Shown: positions 9,542-19,079 of the stretch, piece after piece
Layout of the letters: each line of letters begins with the position of its first letter
Numbering within the stretch: position 1 is the stretch's first letter
The notes under the pieces: generated by a model
Told to the model about the DNA's origin: nothing
What the model saw: the letters and a program-made list of their open reading frames with translations, nothing else
Database searches by the model: none
Position numbers and translations under genes: made by a program
Virus record (IMG/VR): IMGVR_UViG_3300034117_001294
Location: 1 to 64,000 of that record
Reading direction: 5' to 3' (one strand)
DNA length: 64,000 bases

Positions 9542-10285
9542 ATGTTCACATTAACTAGAAACTCACTGATAGTATTCCAAATACTAGCACATCTTTCATT
9601 CTTTGTACTGCTTTATTACGGCACACTTGCACAATGGGCCATTACCGCAGGACTGTATCTTTTCTTTGCCACTATCGGTGGTACAGTAACTTATCACAGA
9701 TTACTGACTCACAGATCCTTTAAAGCACCCAAGTGGTTTGAATATTTTGGAACCGTTGTGGGATCAATTGGTGGTGGTGGTTCTAGCCTAGGTTGGGTAG
9801 CTGTGCATAGAGAACATCACAAGTTTACTGATCTCGAGAAGGATCCCCACAGTCCCTGGTTTAAAGGTTTCTTTAGAGTACAATTTTTAAGTATGTTTGA
9901 AGTACCTAATATTCGTTACGTACCGGACCTGTTGCGTTCTAAATTTCATATGTGGATGCATCATTACTACTGGCTAGTAAATTTAATTTATATCACAATC
10001 ATCTGCCTAATCGATCCGTTTGCAATTTTCTATGCATACTTTGTTCCTACCTTATTTGTATGGCATGCCGGCAGTTTTACCAATACAGTAAATCATTCTC
10101 TAGGATATCAAAATTTTGACACCGGTGATCGTAGCACTAATAATCTAATCACAGGATATCTAATTGCCGGAGAAGGATGGCACAATAATCATCATTCTCG
10201 TGCTAGCGATCCGCAATTTGGTAAGAAGTGGTGGGAGTTTGATCTAGGTTGGCAAGTAATTAAGCTCGTGAAAAAGGACTCCTAG
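9542..10285 (+). CDS. Delta-9-type fatty acid desaturase
   Basis: His boxes HRLLTHR, HREHH, WHNNHH plus transmembrane segments. Confidence 0.9.
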   Translation: MFTLTRNSLIVFQILAHLSFFVLLYYGTLAQWAITAGLYLFFATIGGTVTYHRLLTHRSFKAPKWFEYFGTVVGSIGGGGSSLGWVAVHREHHKFTDLEKDPHSPWFKGFFRVQFLSMFEVPNIRYVPDLLRSKFHMWMHHYYWLVNLIYITIICLIDPFAIFYAYFVPTLFVWHAGSFTNTVNHSLGYQNFDTGDRSTNNLITGYLIAGEGWHNNHHSRASDPQFGKKWWEFDLGWQVIKLVKKDS

Positions 10286-10296
10286 GAGTCCTTTTT
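10271..10296. terminator. Bidirectional terminator (perfect 26-bp palindrome)
   Basis: aaaaaggactcct|aggagtccttttt between convergent genes. Confidence 0.8.
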
Positions 10297-10331
10297 ACAT
10301 CTAACAGTATTTTTGGCTATGCCTTATTATA

Positions 10332-10610
10332 TTATTTTTTATTAGATGCACCAGCATTGACAAAACTATACATTTTTTCCGCTGTCTCAAGAACCTTTTC
10401 TAGTCCTGGAAACTCTGGCATACCAACTTTGGTAACGATCTGACCAGTCTTCTCGTCACGAGTAGCAGTCATTTCCCAACCTTGGAATTTAGAATGAAAT
10501 TCTTCGCTTACTAGTCCCTTTGCCATATCTAGGATATCTGTACGGATTTCGTATCCGTTTTTATTGAATTTAACTTCTGGCAATTTTGGGGTTTCAAATT
10601 TTGTTGACAT
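10332..10610 (-). CDS. Hypothetical protein
   Basis: AAGGAG RBS; 92 aa; upstream TAAATA on - strand. Confidence 0.7.
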   Translation of the reverse strand: MSTKFETPKLPEVKFNKNGYEIRTDILDMAKGLVSEEFHSKFQGWEMTATRDEKTGQIVTKVGMPEFPGLEKVLETAEKMYSFVNAGASNKK

Positions 10611-10710
10611 ATTATTCTCCTTGTGTGTAATGTCTGTGTAAACAGCAACTAATTTTGCTGTCTAAGTATTTATTATACAGTGTTACAAACTGTGTGTAAA
10701 GCTGAATGAC

Positions 10711-11286
10711 TTATTTTTTAAACTTGTTTACTCTTTCTTTAACAAGTTTAATAACCACATCACTCAGCACAACTTCATAGTGGTTGCAGTCCACCTCCAC
10801 TAGTTCCATATCTTCGTGATGTTTCTGGCTGGCAATAGTTACTACTCCATCATTGGGCTCGTGCATAAAAGGACTTTGCCCCTTGACTGTGACAATGTTA
10901 GTCCAGGGATGTTGTATCTTAATGTTTCTGGCCTGCTTCATAACCCAACTGCTGGGACCGATGTCACGCATCAGTCTGCTGAATGGTAAGAAGTACTGTG
11001 CATAGTCTGCTACTTCAGCACCACCATATGGTGTACTCAGTGTCACAGCACCTTTAACAGCACCGGGCATTGAATTAGCCAAATGTAGGCTGTAAATGCC
11101 GCCTAGACTATGTGCAACAAACACTAGGTCCTTACGGTCCTGAAGTGTTGACTGCATGTCTATTAGGTTATTTTCAAACCCATTGCGACTGTCATAGTTA
11201 ATGTCTAGGCCAGTGCCCAGTTTACTTTTAATATAGTTGAAGCTTTCGCTGGTGGCATTGGCACCGTGTATATACACTAAGTTCAT
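10711..11286 (-). CDS. Alpha/beta hydrolase (lipase/esterase-like)
   Basis: IHGANA oxyanion motif, AHSLGG nucleophile elbow, NDGVV, NHYE. Confidence 0.85.
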   Translation of the reverse strand: MNLVYIHGANATSESFNYIKSKLGTGLDINYDSRNGFENNLIDMQSTLQDRKDLVFVAHSLGGIYSLHLANSMPGAVKGAVTLSTPYGGAEVADYAQYFLPFSRLMRDIGPSSWVMKQARNIKIQHPWTNIVTVKGQSPFMHEPNDGVVTIASQKHHEDMELVEVDCNHYEVVLSDVVIKLVKERVNKFKK

Positions 11287-11297
11287 GCCAATATTTA

Positions 11298-11417
11298 TTA
11301 GTTTCTATATACAGCTTTGGCTTCTTCTATACGGCCTTGACGAGCAAGAATAGATGCAGCACGGGCTTCGCCAAATGCTTCTAAAAATGACCAGATTGAG
11401 TTTAAGATTGTTTTCAT
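11298..11417 (-). CDS. Small protein, 39 aa (not in ORF track)
   Basis: MKTILNSIWSFLEAFGEARAASILARQGRIEEAKAVYRN; ATGA overlap with upstream ORF and AAGGA RBS. Confidence 0.55.
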   Translation of the reverse strand: MKTILNSIWSFLEAFGEARAASILARQGRIEEAKAVYRN

Positions 11418-11590
11418 AGATAAGTTTCCTTTTGAGAATTGAATTGTCGGATATAGTTTTCCAACTGTGCGGCATCGGTAATGCCTTTAGTACTTAGATA
11501 AGCATCTAGACTTGATTGATAACTGCTACCTGGAAACATTTCGCTTAGACGTTCCATAATAGCTAGCATTTTTTCTGATATGTATTTCAT
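11414..11590 (-). CDS. Small protein, 58 aa, loosely DUF3563-like (not in ORF track)
   Basis: MKYISEKMLAIMERLSEMFPGSSYQSSLDAYLSTKGITDAAQLENYIRQFNSQKETYL; CAGGA RBS. Confidence 0.55.
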   Translation of the reverse strand: MKYISEKMLAIMERLSEMFPGSSYQSSLDAYLSTKGITDAAQLENYIRQFNSQKETYL

Positions 11591-11743
11591 ATTTTCCTGT
11601 GTGTTAATGTGTAGTACTCATGGTTTCTACTGAGTATTTAGCTAGTATATGCTGCGACCGCACAAATTACAAGGTTTTAATATACCAATAAGTGTGCTAT
11701 ACTTGTTAACACTTACGCTAAATATTAAAAAGGATTTACCACT

Positions 11744-12040
11744 GTGAAGAGAAATACTCGTAGTCTACTAGAAGAACTAAACGATATTGCAGTTAAAAAA
11801 GACACTGAAGCAGTTATCGAAAGTCGTGCCACACATGTGATAGACAGTGCTATCAATTTGATTCAGTCTATCAAAGAAAACTTTGATCCTGAAACTGCAT
11901 ACGAACTAGAGCGTAGACTATTAAACAGTATCAAAGCAGCAGATCCTTCCAAATTTACACGCGGTATACGCAAATTACGTGACAGCAAAGAAACAGCCAA
12001 GACTCTGAAGCTGGTCGAAGGCGATGTCAAAGATGACTGA
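11744..12040 (+). CDS. Hypothetical protein
   Basis: GTG start with AAGGA RBS after TAAATA. Confidence 0.65.
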   Translation: MKRNTRSLLEELNDIAVKKDTEAVIESRATHVIDSAINLIQSIKENFDPETAYELERRLLNSIKAADPSKFTRGIRKLRDSKETAKTLKLVEGDVKDD

Positions 12041-12133
12041 TTTTTGGGCATATCAGGCGTTTTTTTTAAATCGGACTAAATAAAATTACAATGCTCCGGA
12101 GCGGGGCTTGGCATTACGATTAAGGAGATTATT

Positions 12134-12517
12134 ATGCCTGGTATTAATAGAATTCACGGTGGAGTTACAGCAGAATTTTTGCTAAGTGCTTACCAACAAA
12201 CTTTCATCAAGATCACTGGTACTAACATTGGTACAGCTGACTCTGTAAACGGTACAACTGGTGCTATCACTGACGGTAACTTTTCTAAGTCCATCCGTGC
12301 TATCCAAACTATCGCTACAACTAGCTACATTGGTCCACGTCACAATGATGGTTTCATCATTATGGTTGACGGTGCTACTGCACAACCAACTGGCCCAGCT
12401 TATGACACAGATGCAACACCAACATTTGCTGAACGTCTAGCAGCAGTGCTAGATGCAGCTACTGGCGTAACAACTACTGTTGCTGTTCCAAGTATGTTAG
12501 CAGCTAACGTATCTTAA
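12134..12517 (+). CDS. Putative abundant virion protein
   Basis: Strong TAAGGAG RBS, late motif at 12077, apparently biased codons (act/gct/ggt), own terminator. Confidence 0.6.
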   Translation: MPGINRIHGGVTAEFLLSAYQQTFIKITGTNIGTADSVNGTTGAITDGNFSKSIRAIQTIATTSYIGPRHNDGFIIMVDGATAQPTGPAYDTDATPTFAERLAAVLDAATGVTTTVAVPSMLAANVS

Positions 12518-12537
12518 TTCGTTAAGTTACACAGGAC

Positions 12538-12564
12538 AAGGGAGTTTTTACTCCCTTTTCTTTT
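12538..12564 (+). terminator. Intrinsic terminator
   Basis: aagggag-ttttta-ctccctt-ttctttt. Confidence 0.8.
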
Positions 12565-12596
12565 GACTATAAATATCTACATAAAGTAGGTACATA

Positions 12597-13019
12597 ATGC
12601 AAGTAATTGAAATAAAAACTCTAATCGATATCACAGATACAGGAGTACGCAGACCTAGTCAAGGAACACAGCAACAGCTTGATCAATTTAAAAATTGGAT
12701 CACATTAAAACAGTGTGTGGAACTACGCAGTGTGGTAGAGTATGATTATGCCCCCACTGTTGACAGTGTGGACATCAAGGGACTAGGGTTTGGCAGAGTA
12801 TATAAAGGCAAGCATTCTGTATGGACATGGAGACTACGCCCGGACCGTGACGGCATTTATGCAGATTCAACTGGACCAATTAGCAGCTTGCTTGGTGATA
12901 TTGATCAGGTTCCGATTATTCAAAAGTTAACTGAAACTATAAATATAGACAAGCCGGTTTTTGATTTAACAGATCCGGAGTTTAAAAATACAACTATCAA
13001 ATTGCTAGGTAGTGATTAA
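12597..13019 (+). CDS. Hypothetical protein
   Basis: ORF after TATAAATA. Confidence 0.6.
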   Translation: MQVIEIKTLIDITDTGVRRPSQGTQQQLDQFKNWITLKQCVELRSVVEYDYAPTVDSVDIKGLGFGRVYKGKHSVWTWRLRPDRDGIYADSTGPISSLLGDIDQVPIIQKLTETINIDKPVFDLTDPEFKNTTIKLLGSD

Positions 13020-13045
13020 AAACAATTTAGATAGGATAAACTAAT

Positions 13046-13423
13046 ATGGGGAAAGTTATTAAGATGCCTACTCAAGCAGAACGACTGGGTATAGTCGAAA
13101 CCAAAGTAGAAAATTTAGACAGCAAGATCGATGATCTAAAATCAGATGTCAAAGAAATGCACGATTGTCTAGACAAAACACGTGACCTGCTAGCAGACAA
13201 GCTAGAAAAAATGCAAGAAGAATATCGTGCTAACAGCGGCAAGTTCTTCGATCATGCTGAAAAACTACATGCAGAAGATGTTGAATCACATGGCAAATTG
13301 TCTAATCGCATTGGCGAGCTAGAACAACTTAAAAATAAATGGATATTTATGATCTTAGGCGGTACAGCAGTACTGGGCTGGGTCACAGGACATATTGACC
13401 TAATTGCGGGCTTTCTAAAATGA
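13046..13423 (+). CDS. Coiled-coil protein with C-terminal transmembrane helix
   Basis: Heptad-rich N-terminus; KWIFMILGGTAVLGWVTG. Confidence 0.6.
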   Translation: MGKVIKMPTQAERLGIVETKVENLDSKIDDLKSDVKEMHDCLDKTRDLLADKLEKMQEEYRANSGKFFDHAEKLHAEDVESHGKLSNRIGELEQLKNKWIFMILGGTAVLGWVTGHIDLIAGFLK

Positions 13424-13986
13424 GAGCCAGAGAATTCCTACTCAGAGAAGCAGAGCCCACATTGGCAGACGCACTAAGAGCAGCCGCTGCACAACAGCAG
13501 GCAGCACAACAGCCTAAAATAGGTCAGCCTACAGATCCTAATGCTGTTAAACAAGGAGTAGGAGCACAAGCTGCACAGGGTTCTGCTAGCCCTACTCAGG
13601 TCACACCAGGCGGAACACAACCTGCTGCAAAGAAACCAATGGGTATCGGACAGTCATTTATTTCTGGACTGACCAAAGGCAAAGCTGATAGTCTAGGCGG
13701 AATGGCCGGCATGGCCAAGCAGGGTATTAAAAATATGGCTGCAAACCAGTTAGGTATGCAGAACACTGTTTCTGCAATGGGAGGTAAGCCAGTTGATGCA
13801 CCCTTACAAAAACCAGAAGACATAGGAATGGCATTAAAGCCTGGTCAAACTATTGATCTTCCTAATGTGGGCAAAATCAAAGTAACTAAAAGTGGTCCTC
13901 AGGGTATTGAATTAGATACTAGTCAAGCAGCTAGTATTGGAGTACCTAAGCTAACATTGAATCCCAAGGATCTATTGCAAAAATGA
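13420..13986 (+). CDS. Ala/Gln/Gly-rich putative internal virion protein
   Basis: MRAREFLLRE N-terminus; low complexity; ATGA overlap. Confidence 0.55.
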   Translation: MRAREFLLREAEPTLADALRAAAAQQQAAQQPKIGQPTDPNAVKQGVGAQAAQGSASPTQVTPGGTQPAAKKPMGIGQSFISGLTKGKADSLGGMAGMAKQGIKNMAANQLGMQNTVSAMGGKPVDAPLQKPEDIGMALKPGQTIDLPNVGKIKVTKSGPQGIELDTSQAASIGVPKLTLNPKDLLQK

Positions 13987-14189
13987 AAATAGTCCAATTA
14001 TTAGATGTTGCTATGCCGCTCACTAACGAAGAACACAATTTCTTCAAACATCATACAGGCAAAATTAGAATTACCGGTCTAACAGAACGTGATCAAGTCG
14101 TTGCCAGAAACCTAGTGCGTAAAGGAATTTACGAAATAAGTAACGATAATGAACACATTTTCAAAACGACAAATGAAAAAAATTCCTGA
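13983..14189 (+). CDS. Hypothetical protein
   Basis: ATGA-coupled ORF. Confidence 0.55.
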   Translation: MKIVQLLDVAMPLTNEEHNFFKHHTGKIRITGLTERDQVVARNLVRKGIYEISNDNEHIFKTTNEKNS

Positions 14190-14634
14190 TAGAGTATTCA
14201 GCAAATTTGAAACTCTGGCCAAACGTGTACTACACGATCTCAAAGCCAAAGGACATATTATACCAATACAACAGGCTGACGGCTCTATTAAATTTGAAAA
14301 ATTTCTTGTTACTAAAAACGCAGACGGTCTGTATTCTGTATCTGGCAGTAGTATTGTTTACAGAGAAAATCTTAATCTTCCGCAATCTGCCGCACTGATC
14401 GCTAACGATCTAGCATTAGGTAGAATACAGGATACAAAGATTATAGAACTAGACAGAGATTACGGATTTAAACTGTTTGAAGAACAGCTATACCTACAGG
14501 CCAGCAAACGTAAAAAGAATACACTAGATCAGTCAATTTTTTACGAAACTCGATGCAGTATTGCAAAAACACAAAAAGATGCACTAAAAACCCGCATCTT
14601 AAGATCCTTTAAGAAATTAATTGATATCACATAA
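14173..14634 (+). CDS. Hypothetical protein
   Basis: Start reassigned to MKKIPDRV. Confidence 0.55.
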   Translation: MKKIPDRVFSKFETLAKRVLHDLKAKGHIIPIQQADGSIKFEKFLVTKNADGLYSVSGSSIVYRENLNLPQSAALIANDLALGRIQDTKIIELDRDYGFKLFEEQLYLQASKRKKNTLDQSIFYETRCSIAKTQKDALKTRILRSFKKLIDIT

Positions 14635-14663
14635 ATAATAGATATAACTTTTTTGGAAATGCC

Positions 14664-16214
14664 ATGAAGACAACCGATTTTAATCAACACACCAGTTCTC
14701 ATAAATTGAATGAGAACCTATACAAGAAGTTTGGCGTAAAAGTCGACTTTAACAAGTATAGCAGAGAGCAGCTAGAAGATGCTCGTAACAAAATTCGCAC
14801 TGAAATTCATCAGGTAGAAGCTAGAAGCAATTTTAATGATCTTCTGACTAATGAAACTTATCAGAAGAACAAACAACTAGTGGGACTGCTAAACACTCGT
14901 ATCAAAGAAATGCTAGGCGAGAGTATCGCTGTTATGGAACGTAAGTTGTCTGAAGCTGAAAAGAAAACAAACGGCTTTGACCCATTGAAGCATGTTAAGA
15001 ATCCTACCAAAGGTGAGAAGACTGCGGCCAAAGACGTTAAGCGTGGTAGCTATGCAGATCGTGCAGCCATGTTGAAATCAGCAGAAGCTGACGGCAGATT
15101 AAAAGAAGGCGAAAAAACTGAAGGCAATGCTTTTGGTGCAGCAGTTCGTAAAGCCAAGTCAGACGGTATCCAAAAAGGTGAAAAAGTTAAAGTGGGCGGA
15201 AAAGAATACGCAGTTAAAGAAGCCGACAAACAAACAATGAGTCGTGCAGCCAAGGGTCATGAAAAATATGGCAAAGCTGGTATGCAGGCATTGGCCAAAG
15301 CAGGTAAGGACGGCAAGGACCTTGATCCTATTAGAAAAAAATACGACAAGTATGACGAGACAGTTGAAGAAGGTTTCCCTACAGTAGCCGATGCTAAAGC
15401 TCGTGCAGAAAAAGAAAAGACTACTGGCAAGTTTGACAAGAAAGAAATTAAACCAGGTGTAACACAATACACACGCAAATCTAATACATTTACCGACGGC
15501 GGCGATGACAGCGATGTAAAGAAAGCTAAAAAGACTGCAAAGGTCAAAGAAGCTACTAAGAACCTTCCAGGTAATCAAGAAAAGATTGATGCTGATCATG
15601 ACGGTAAGATCGAAAAGAGTGATTTTGCAAAACTACGTGCAGGAAAGAAAAAGATGAAAGAAAGTCAACATAGAAAAAATGTCAAGTTAGTTAACGAAAG
15701 TATTCGTAGATTAATGAACGAAGACGAAGAAGGCAAGGCCAAATCCATTACTGCCGGTACAGACATGGTCAACGACTTCACTAGCTGGATGACTCGTGTT
15801 GGGCAATATCAAACAAAGAGTATGATCGAACTAGCAGATGCTATCCGTGCTAACTTTGGTCAAGAGCAAGCTGAAACATTTAAAGGTGCAGTTGCTCCTG
15901 CATTAGAAACAGCCCTAAACACATTAACACAAGCACGTGAGCAGTTGAGCAACGCTGTTGCTGTGTTAGCAGGTGAATCAAGCCCAATGGATACAATGGG
16001 TGCTGATATGGGTGCTGATATGGGTGGAGCAGAAGCAGGCATGGATAGTATGAATGCCGGTAACGAAGAAGTTCCGATGGATGACGAATTCGGTGCAGCA
16101 GATGCAGCCGCAGGCGGTGCAGAAATGGCCGGACGTGAAATGCGTGAAAGCCGTAAATTATTTTCCGCTAAACTAAACGAAGCTCATAGCATTATCGCAA
16201 GACTATCTAAATGA
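14664..16214 (+). CDS. Large charged putative prohead core/internal protein
   Basis: Lys/Glu-rich modules, EF-hand-like DADHDGKIEKSD, MGADMGADMGG repeat. Confidence 0.55.
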   Translation: MKTTDFNQHTSSHKLNENLYKKFGVKVDFNKYSREQLEDARNKIRTEIHQVEARSNFNDLLTNETYQKNKQLVGLLNTRIKEMLGESIAVMERKLSEAEKKTNGFDPLKHVKNPTKGEKTAAKDVKRGSYADRAAMLKSAEADGRLKEGEKTEGNAFGAAVRKAKSDGIQKGEKVKVGGKEYAVKEADKQTMSRAAKGHEKYGKAGMQALAKAGKDGKDLDPIRKKYDKYDETVEEGFPTVADAKARAEKEKTTGKFDKKEIKPGVTQYTRKSNTFTDGGDDSDVKKAKKTAKVKEATKNLPGNQEKIDADHDGKIEKSDFAKLRAGKKKMKESQHRKNVKLVNESIRRLMNEDEEGKAKSITAGTDMVNDFTSWMTRVGQYQTKSMIELADAIRANFGQEQAETFKGAVAPALETALNTLTQAREQLSNAVAVLAGESSPMDTMGADMGADMGGAEAGMDSMNAGNEEVPMDDEFGAADAAAGGAEMAGREMRESRKLFSAKLNEAHSIIARLSK

Positions 16215-16573
16215 GATTGTTTGAAGTCGCAGACTCGTTTCCTGCTGATCTAGAAATGGTCTTAAGGAATCAAATGGGGCGTAGTAATTCAAAGAATTCT
16301 ACGTTGAAACTTACTTGGCCTGCTCTATCAAACATGATGAAGAATATGGGCTACGGTGCTATTGATTCAAAAGGATTCCAAAAAATGTTTGACGGTAATC
16401 CTTCACTACAGGCCATTGTTCGCAACTTTGATGAAAAGGGAATTATCGTATCAACTGAAGTTGACGACCCTGATAAAGAAGCCTCTGGTGCAGCCCCTGC
16501 ACCTGGCGGCCAATCAGTTGATCAAATGGCTGGCTCGGCTGCTGACCAGTTCCTTAACAGTCCGCTTTCTTAA
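16211..16573 (+). CDS. Hypothetical protein
   Basis: MRLFEV N-terminus; ATGA overlap. Confidence 0.55.
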   Translation: MRLFEVADSFPADLEMVLRNQMGRSNSKNSTLKLTWPALSNMMKNMGYGAIDSKGFQKMFDGNPSLQAIVRNFDEKGIIVSTEVDDPDKEASGAAPAPGGQSVDQMAGSAADQFLNSPLS

Positions 16574-17102
16574 TCAACAAACTGTCTAACACAGTTTGAT
16601 AATCATGATTAAGCCATTGATAAGAAAAAAACTTTCTAATCTTTAATTTCGGTTTATGCACACTATGCGGCTTACTTACATTTAATAAGTAAGCCGTATT
16701 CTTTTCTGCACTAAATCTACATCGCTCTGTAAGTTGATCTAGATGGAATACATTTTCTCCTTGTTCTTTGATATTGCTGAGATGCTGTGTTTCGGCAGTT
16801 TCGTCAAAGAACACAGTTGACGAGTCGTCAGTTTGAAAATACCAATTTAGATTACAACCCACTCCTAGATCTGTGTGAGGTTGTAAATATCCTCTACCGA
16901 CTATTTCAGAATAGAAAACTCTGTTAGGCGGAATGCTGGATATAGGATTGTAATGCAGGCTTTTGAATAGCTCTATATCGTTAATTTGGTGAAGGAAAAT
17001 AATCACATCCGGGTAGCCGTATTGAAATACTAGCGGGCCTTTTAACTGCTCGTATTCAAATGGTTTAAGTTCGAAATCGAATTTTTGAAAATATTGTTGC
17101 AT
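16554..17102 (-). CDS. 2OG-Fe(II) oxygenase/cupin-like protein
   Basis: PHTD...LNW and LLNVSKPHSV (HxD...H); start reassigned to MQQYF, 7 nt after TAAATA. Confidence 0.5.
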   Translation of the reverse strand: MQQYFQKFDFELKPFEYEQLKGPLVFQYGYPDVIIFLHQINDIELFKSLHYNPISSIPPNRVFYSEIVGRGYLQPHTDLGVGCNLNWYFQTDDSSTVFFDETAETQHLSNIKEQGENVFHLDQLTERCRFSAEKNTAYLLNVSKPHSVHKPKLKIRKFFSYQWLNHDYQTVLDSLLIKKADC

Positions 17103-17162
17103 TGGCAAATATTTATAGTCCTTTATTTGCGTTATGATAAAAACTTTAGTATAATTATTACT

Positions 17163-17861
17163 ATGATTTATACTCCACCACCTTTTGTAGAACACATACA
17201 ATATAAGCCCTGCCAACAAATAAACGATCCCATAACTCGTAAAAGAGTTTATCTAACTCCGGACGGAGAAAAGACTCCTAGCGTTACTACCATCCTTGGC
17301 TCAACTAAAGACCAAACTCACTTAATCGAATGGCGTAAGCGAGTAGGTGAAGAAAACGCTGCACAGATAACTAAAGAAGCTTCTGGTGTCGGTACTGCAA
17401 TGCACAACAACCTAGAAAGATTCATAGCCGGACTGGAGCGTCAGCCGGGCAATAACCTAGTTCATGTGCAGGCTAACAAAATGGCCAATGTTATTATCGA
17501 GCAGGGTCTAAAGGATGTTAACGAAGTTTGGGCAATGGAGCAAAGCCTATACTTTCCCGGACTGTATTCGGGTACCACTGACCTTGTGGCAGTGTACAAA
17601 GGCAATCCCAGTGTGTGCGATTATAAACAGACTAACAAGCCTAAGAAAGCAGAATGGGTTGAAGACTACTTCTTACAGCTAATGGCTTACATACTGGCAC
17701 ATAACGAAGTGTACGGGACAGAAATTCGTGAAGGTCATGTGTTCATGTGCAGTAGAGATCTGCAATATCAACAGTTTGATCTAACTCCGGATAACTTTAA
17801 CAAGTATCAAGACATGTGGCTTGCTAAAGTTGAAGACTATTACTTGAATTATCACAAGTGA
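17163..17861 (+). CDS. PD-(D/E)XK exonuclease (RecB/Cas4/MGME1-like)
   Basis: PSVTTIL, GTAMH, EQSLY, GTTDL, DYK, QLMAY motifs. Confidence 0.8.
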   Translation: MIYTPPPFVEHIQYKPCQQINDPITRKRVYLTPDGEKTPSVTTILGSTKDQTHLIEWRKRVGEENAAQITKEASGVGTAMHNNLERFIAGLERQPGNNLVHVQANKMANVIIEQGLKDVNEVWAMEQSLYFPGLYSGTTDLVAVYKGNPSVCDYKQTNKPKKAEWVEDYFLQLMAYILAHNEVYGTEIREGHVFMCSRDLQYQQFDLTPDNFNKYQDMWLAKVEDYYLNYHK

Positions 17862-18583
17862 AAGCTGAAGACGTTATCTACACACCGTTAGATTTGCCCT
17901 GTTGTCCACAAATAGACTTAGACAAACTAACAGCGTGGATGGCCAAAGTTTACCCGCAGAAGAATCTACTGCAACAAACTGGAAACTATCTCATTGCAGG
18001 TATAAATGAAAAAGATGCATTTCCTTGGGAAGTAGTGTGGGCCAAAGCATTAGACTGGCAATCTAATTTTAATAAAGAGTTTCCAGAGTTAGTAAATTAC
18101 ATTGTCAACGATTGGGGAATACCCGAGAATGAAATAGTTGCAATAACTCTGTTGCCAAAACGTGCAAGTGCTATATCAAAAGACTTTTGGCATAGTGATC
18201 TTGACAAGCTAGGACTGCGATTCTATATAAGTTTTGAAAACAGAGAACAGGACAAGTTATTGTTTAAAAAAACATTGACTAGCGAATGTAAAGAAAACAA
18301 CTTATTTAGAACGTTTCAAACAGATACAGGACTTGAACACACTGTACACACTGCTCATATACTAGGTGATCGACAACCTTATTATTTGAATAATTATCTA
18401 GCAGCACACAATGTAAAAAATACTAGTTTAGATCGTCGTATTGCAGTGATTGTTGCAACTTCGTACGAAGTTAACCAACAGAGCAAATTAAAAGATCGAA
18501 TAGATAACCTAATAGTATCTAGTGCTCAAAAATATCATAAACAGGCTATCTTTTGGCACGATTGGTCCGACGCAATTTCTTGA
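17858..18583 (+). CDS. Hypothetical protein, possibly oxygenase-like
   Basis: WHSD and AAHNV motifs only. Confidence 0.4.
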   Translation: MKAEDVIYTPLDLPCCPQIDLDKLTAWMAKVYPQKNLLQQTGNYLIAGINEKDAFPWEVVWAKALDWQSNFNKEFPELVNYIVNDWGIPENEIVAITLLPKRASAISKDFWHSDLDKLGLRFYISFENREQDKLLFKKTLTSECKENNLFRTFQTDTGLEHTVHTAHILGDRQPYYLNNYLAAHNVKNTSLDRRIAVIVATSYEVNQQSKLKDRIDNLIVSSAQKYHKQAIFWHDWSDAIS

Positions 18584-19005
18584 CCGTCTTGCCATAATTT
18601 TTTTACCTTGATAAAGTCTAAGTCTGTGTCCACGCAGTCACGCACTCGAAGACTATCAACCTTCCAATCCATAATATCAGAACAGGTTACTAGTTGATCA
18701 GATAGTTCTCGATATTCTTTGGTACAGATAATCTTCTCTAAGAACTCGTATATGTCACTAGAGCCTACACACACAAAACCTTCTAGAGATTGGTCGTTTT
18801 CCACAAAAAACGTCATGGGAAAGACCTCGTTTTCACTAAAATTCGTCAAAATTCTATACCTAATCTGTTGACTAATCGTTAGGTAGTTGTGCAGTAAACT
18901 TTGTTCAGCAGCAGTCAACGATAGTTCTAGAAATTTCGTGGGATTCCTGAAATAACTAGAATTCACCTTGGGACTAAACTTGATTCGGCGTATAAAGTAA
19001 AACAT
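18535..19005 (-). CDS. Hypothetical protein
   Basis: AT-rich antisense ORF with own TAAATA at 19014-19019. Confidence 0.45.
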   Translation of the reverse strand: MFYFIRRIKFSPKVNSSYFRNPTKFLELSLTAAEQSLLHNYLTISQQIRYRILTNFSENEVFPMTFFVENDQSLEGFVCVGSSDIYEFLEKIICTKEYRELSDQLVTCSDIMDWKVDSLRVRDCVDTDLDFIKVKKLWQDGQEIASDQSCQKIACL

Positions 19006-19079
19006 TATCATAGTATTTATTTTCCAGGACAGTCAAACCTAAACGACATGATAAATACCCTTATACTAGGAATGTTACC

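Noticed and set aside
15050-16042. Antisense ORFs over the 516-aa charged protein
   Set aside because: Mirror of Lys/Glu/Ala codon bias (Ser/Phe/Leu-rich artefacts)
17163-17861. Cas4 / CRISPR locus
   Set aside because: The nuclease lacks the Cas4 Fe-S cysteines, and I saw no repeat-spacer array in the window
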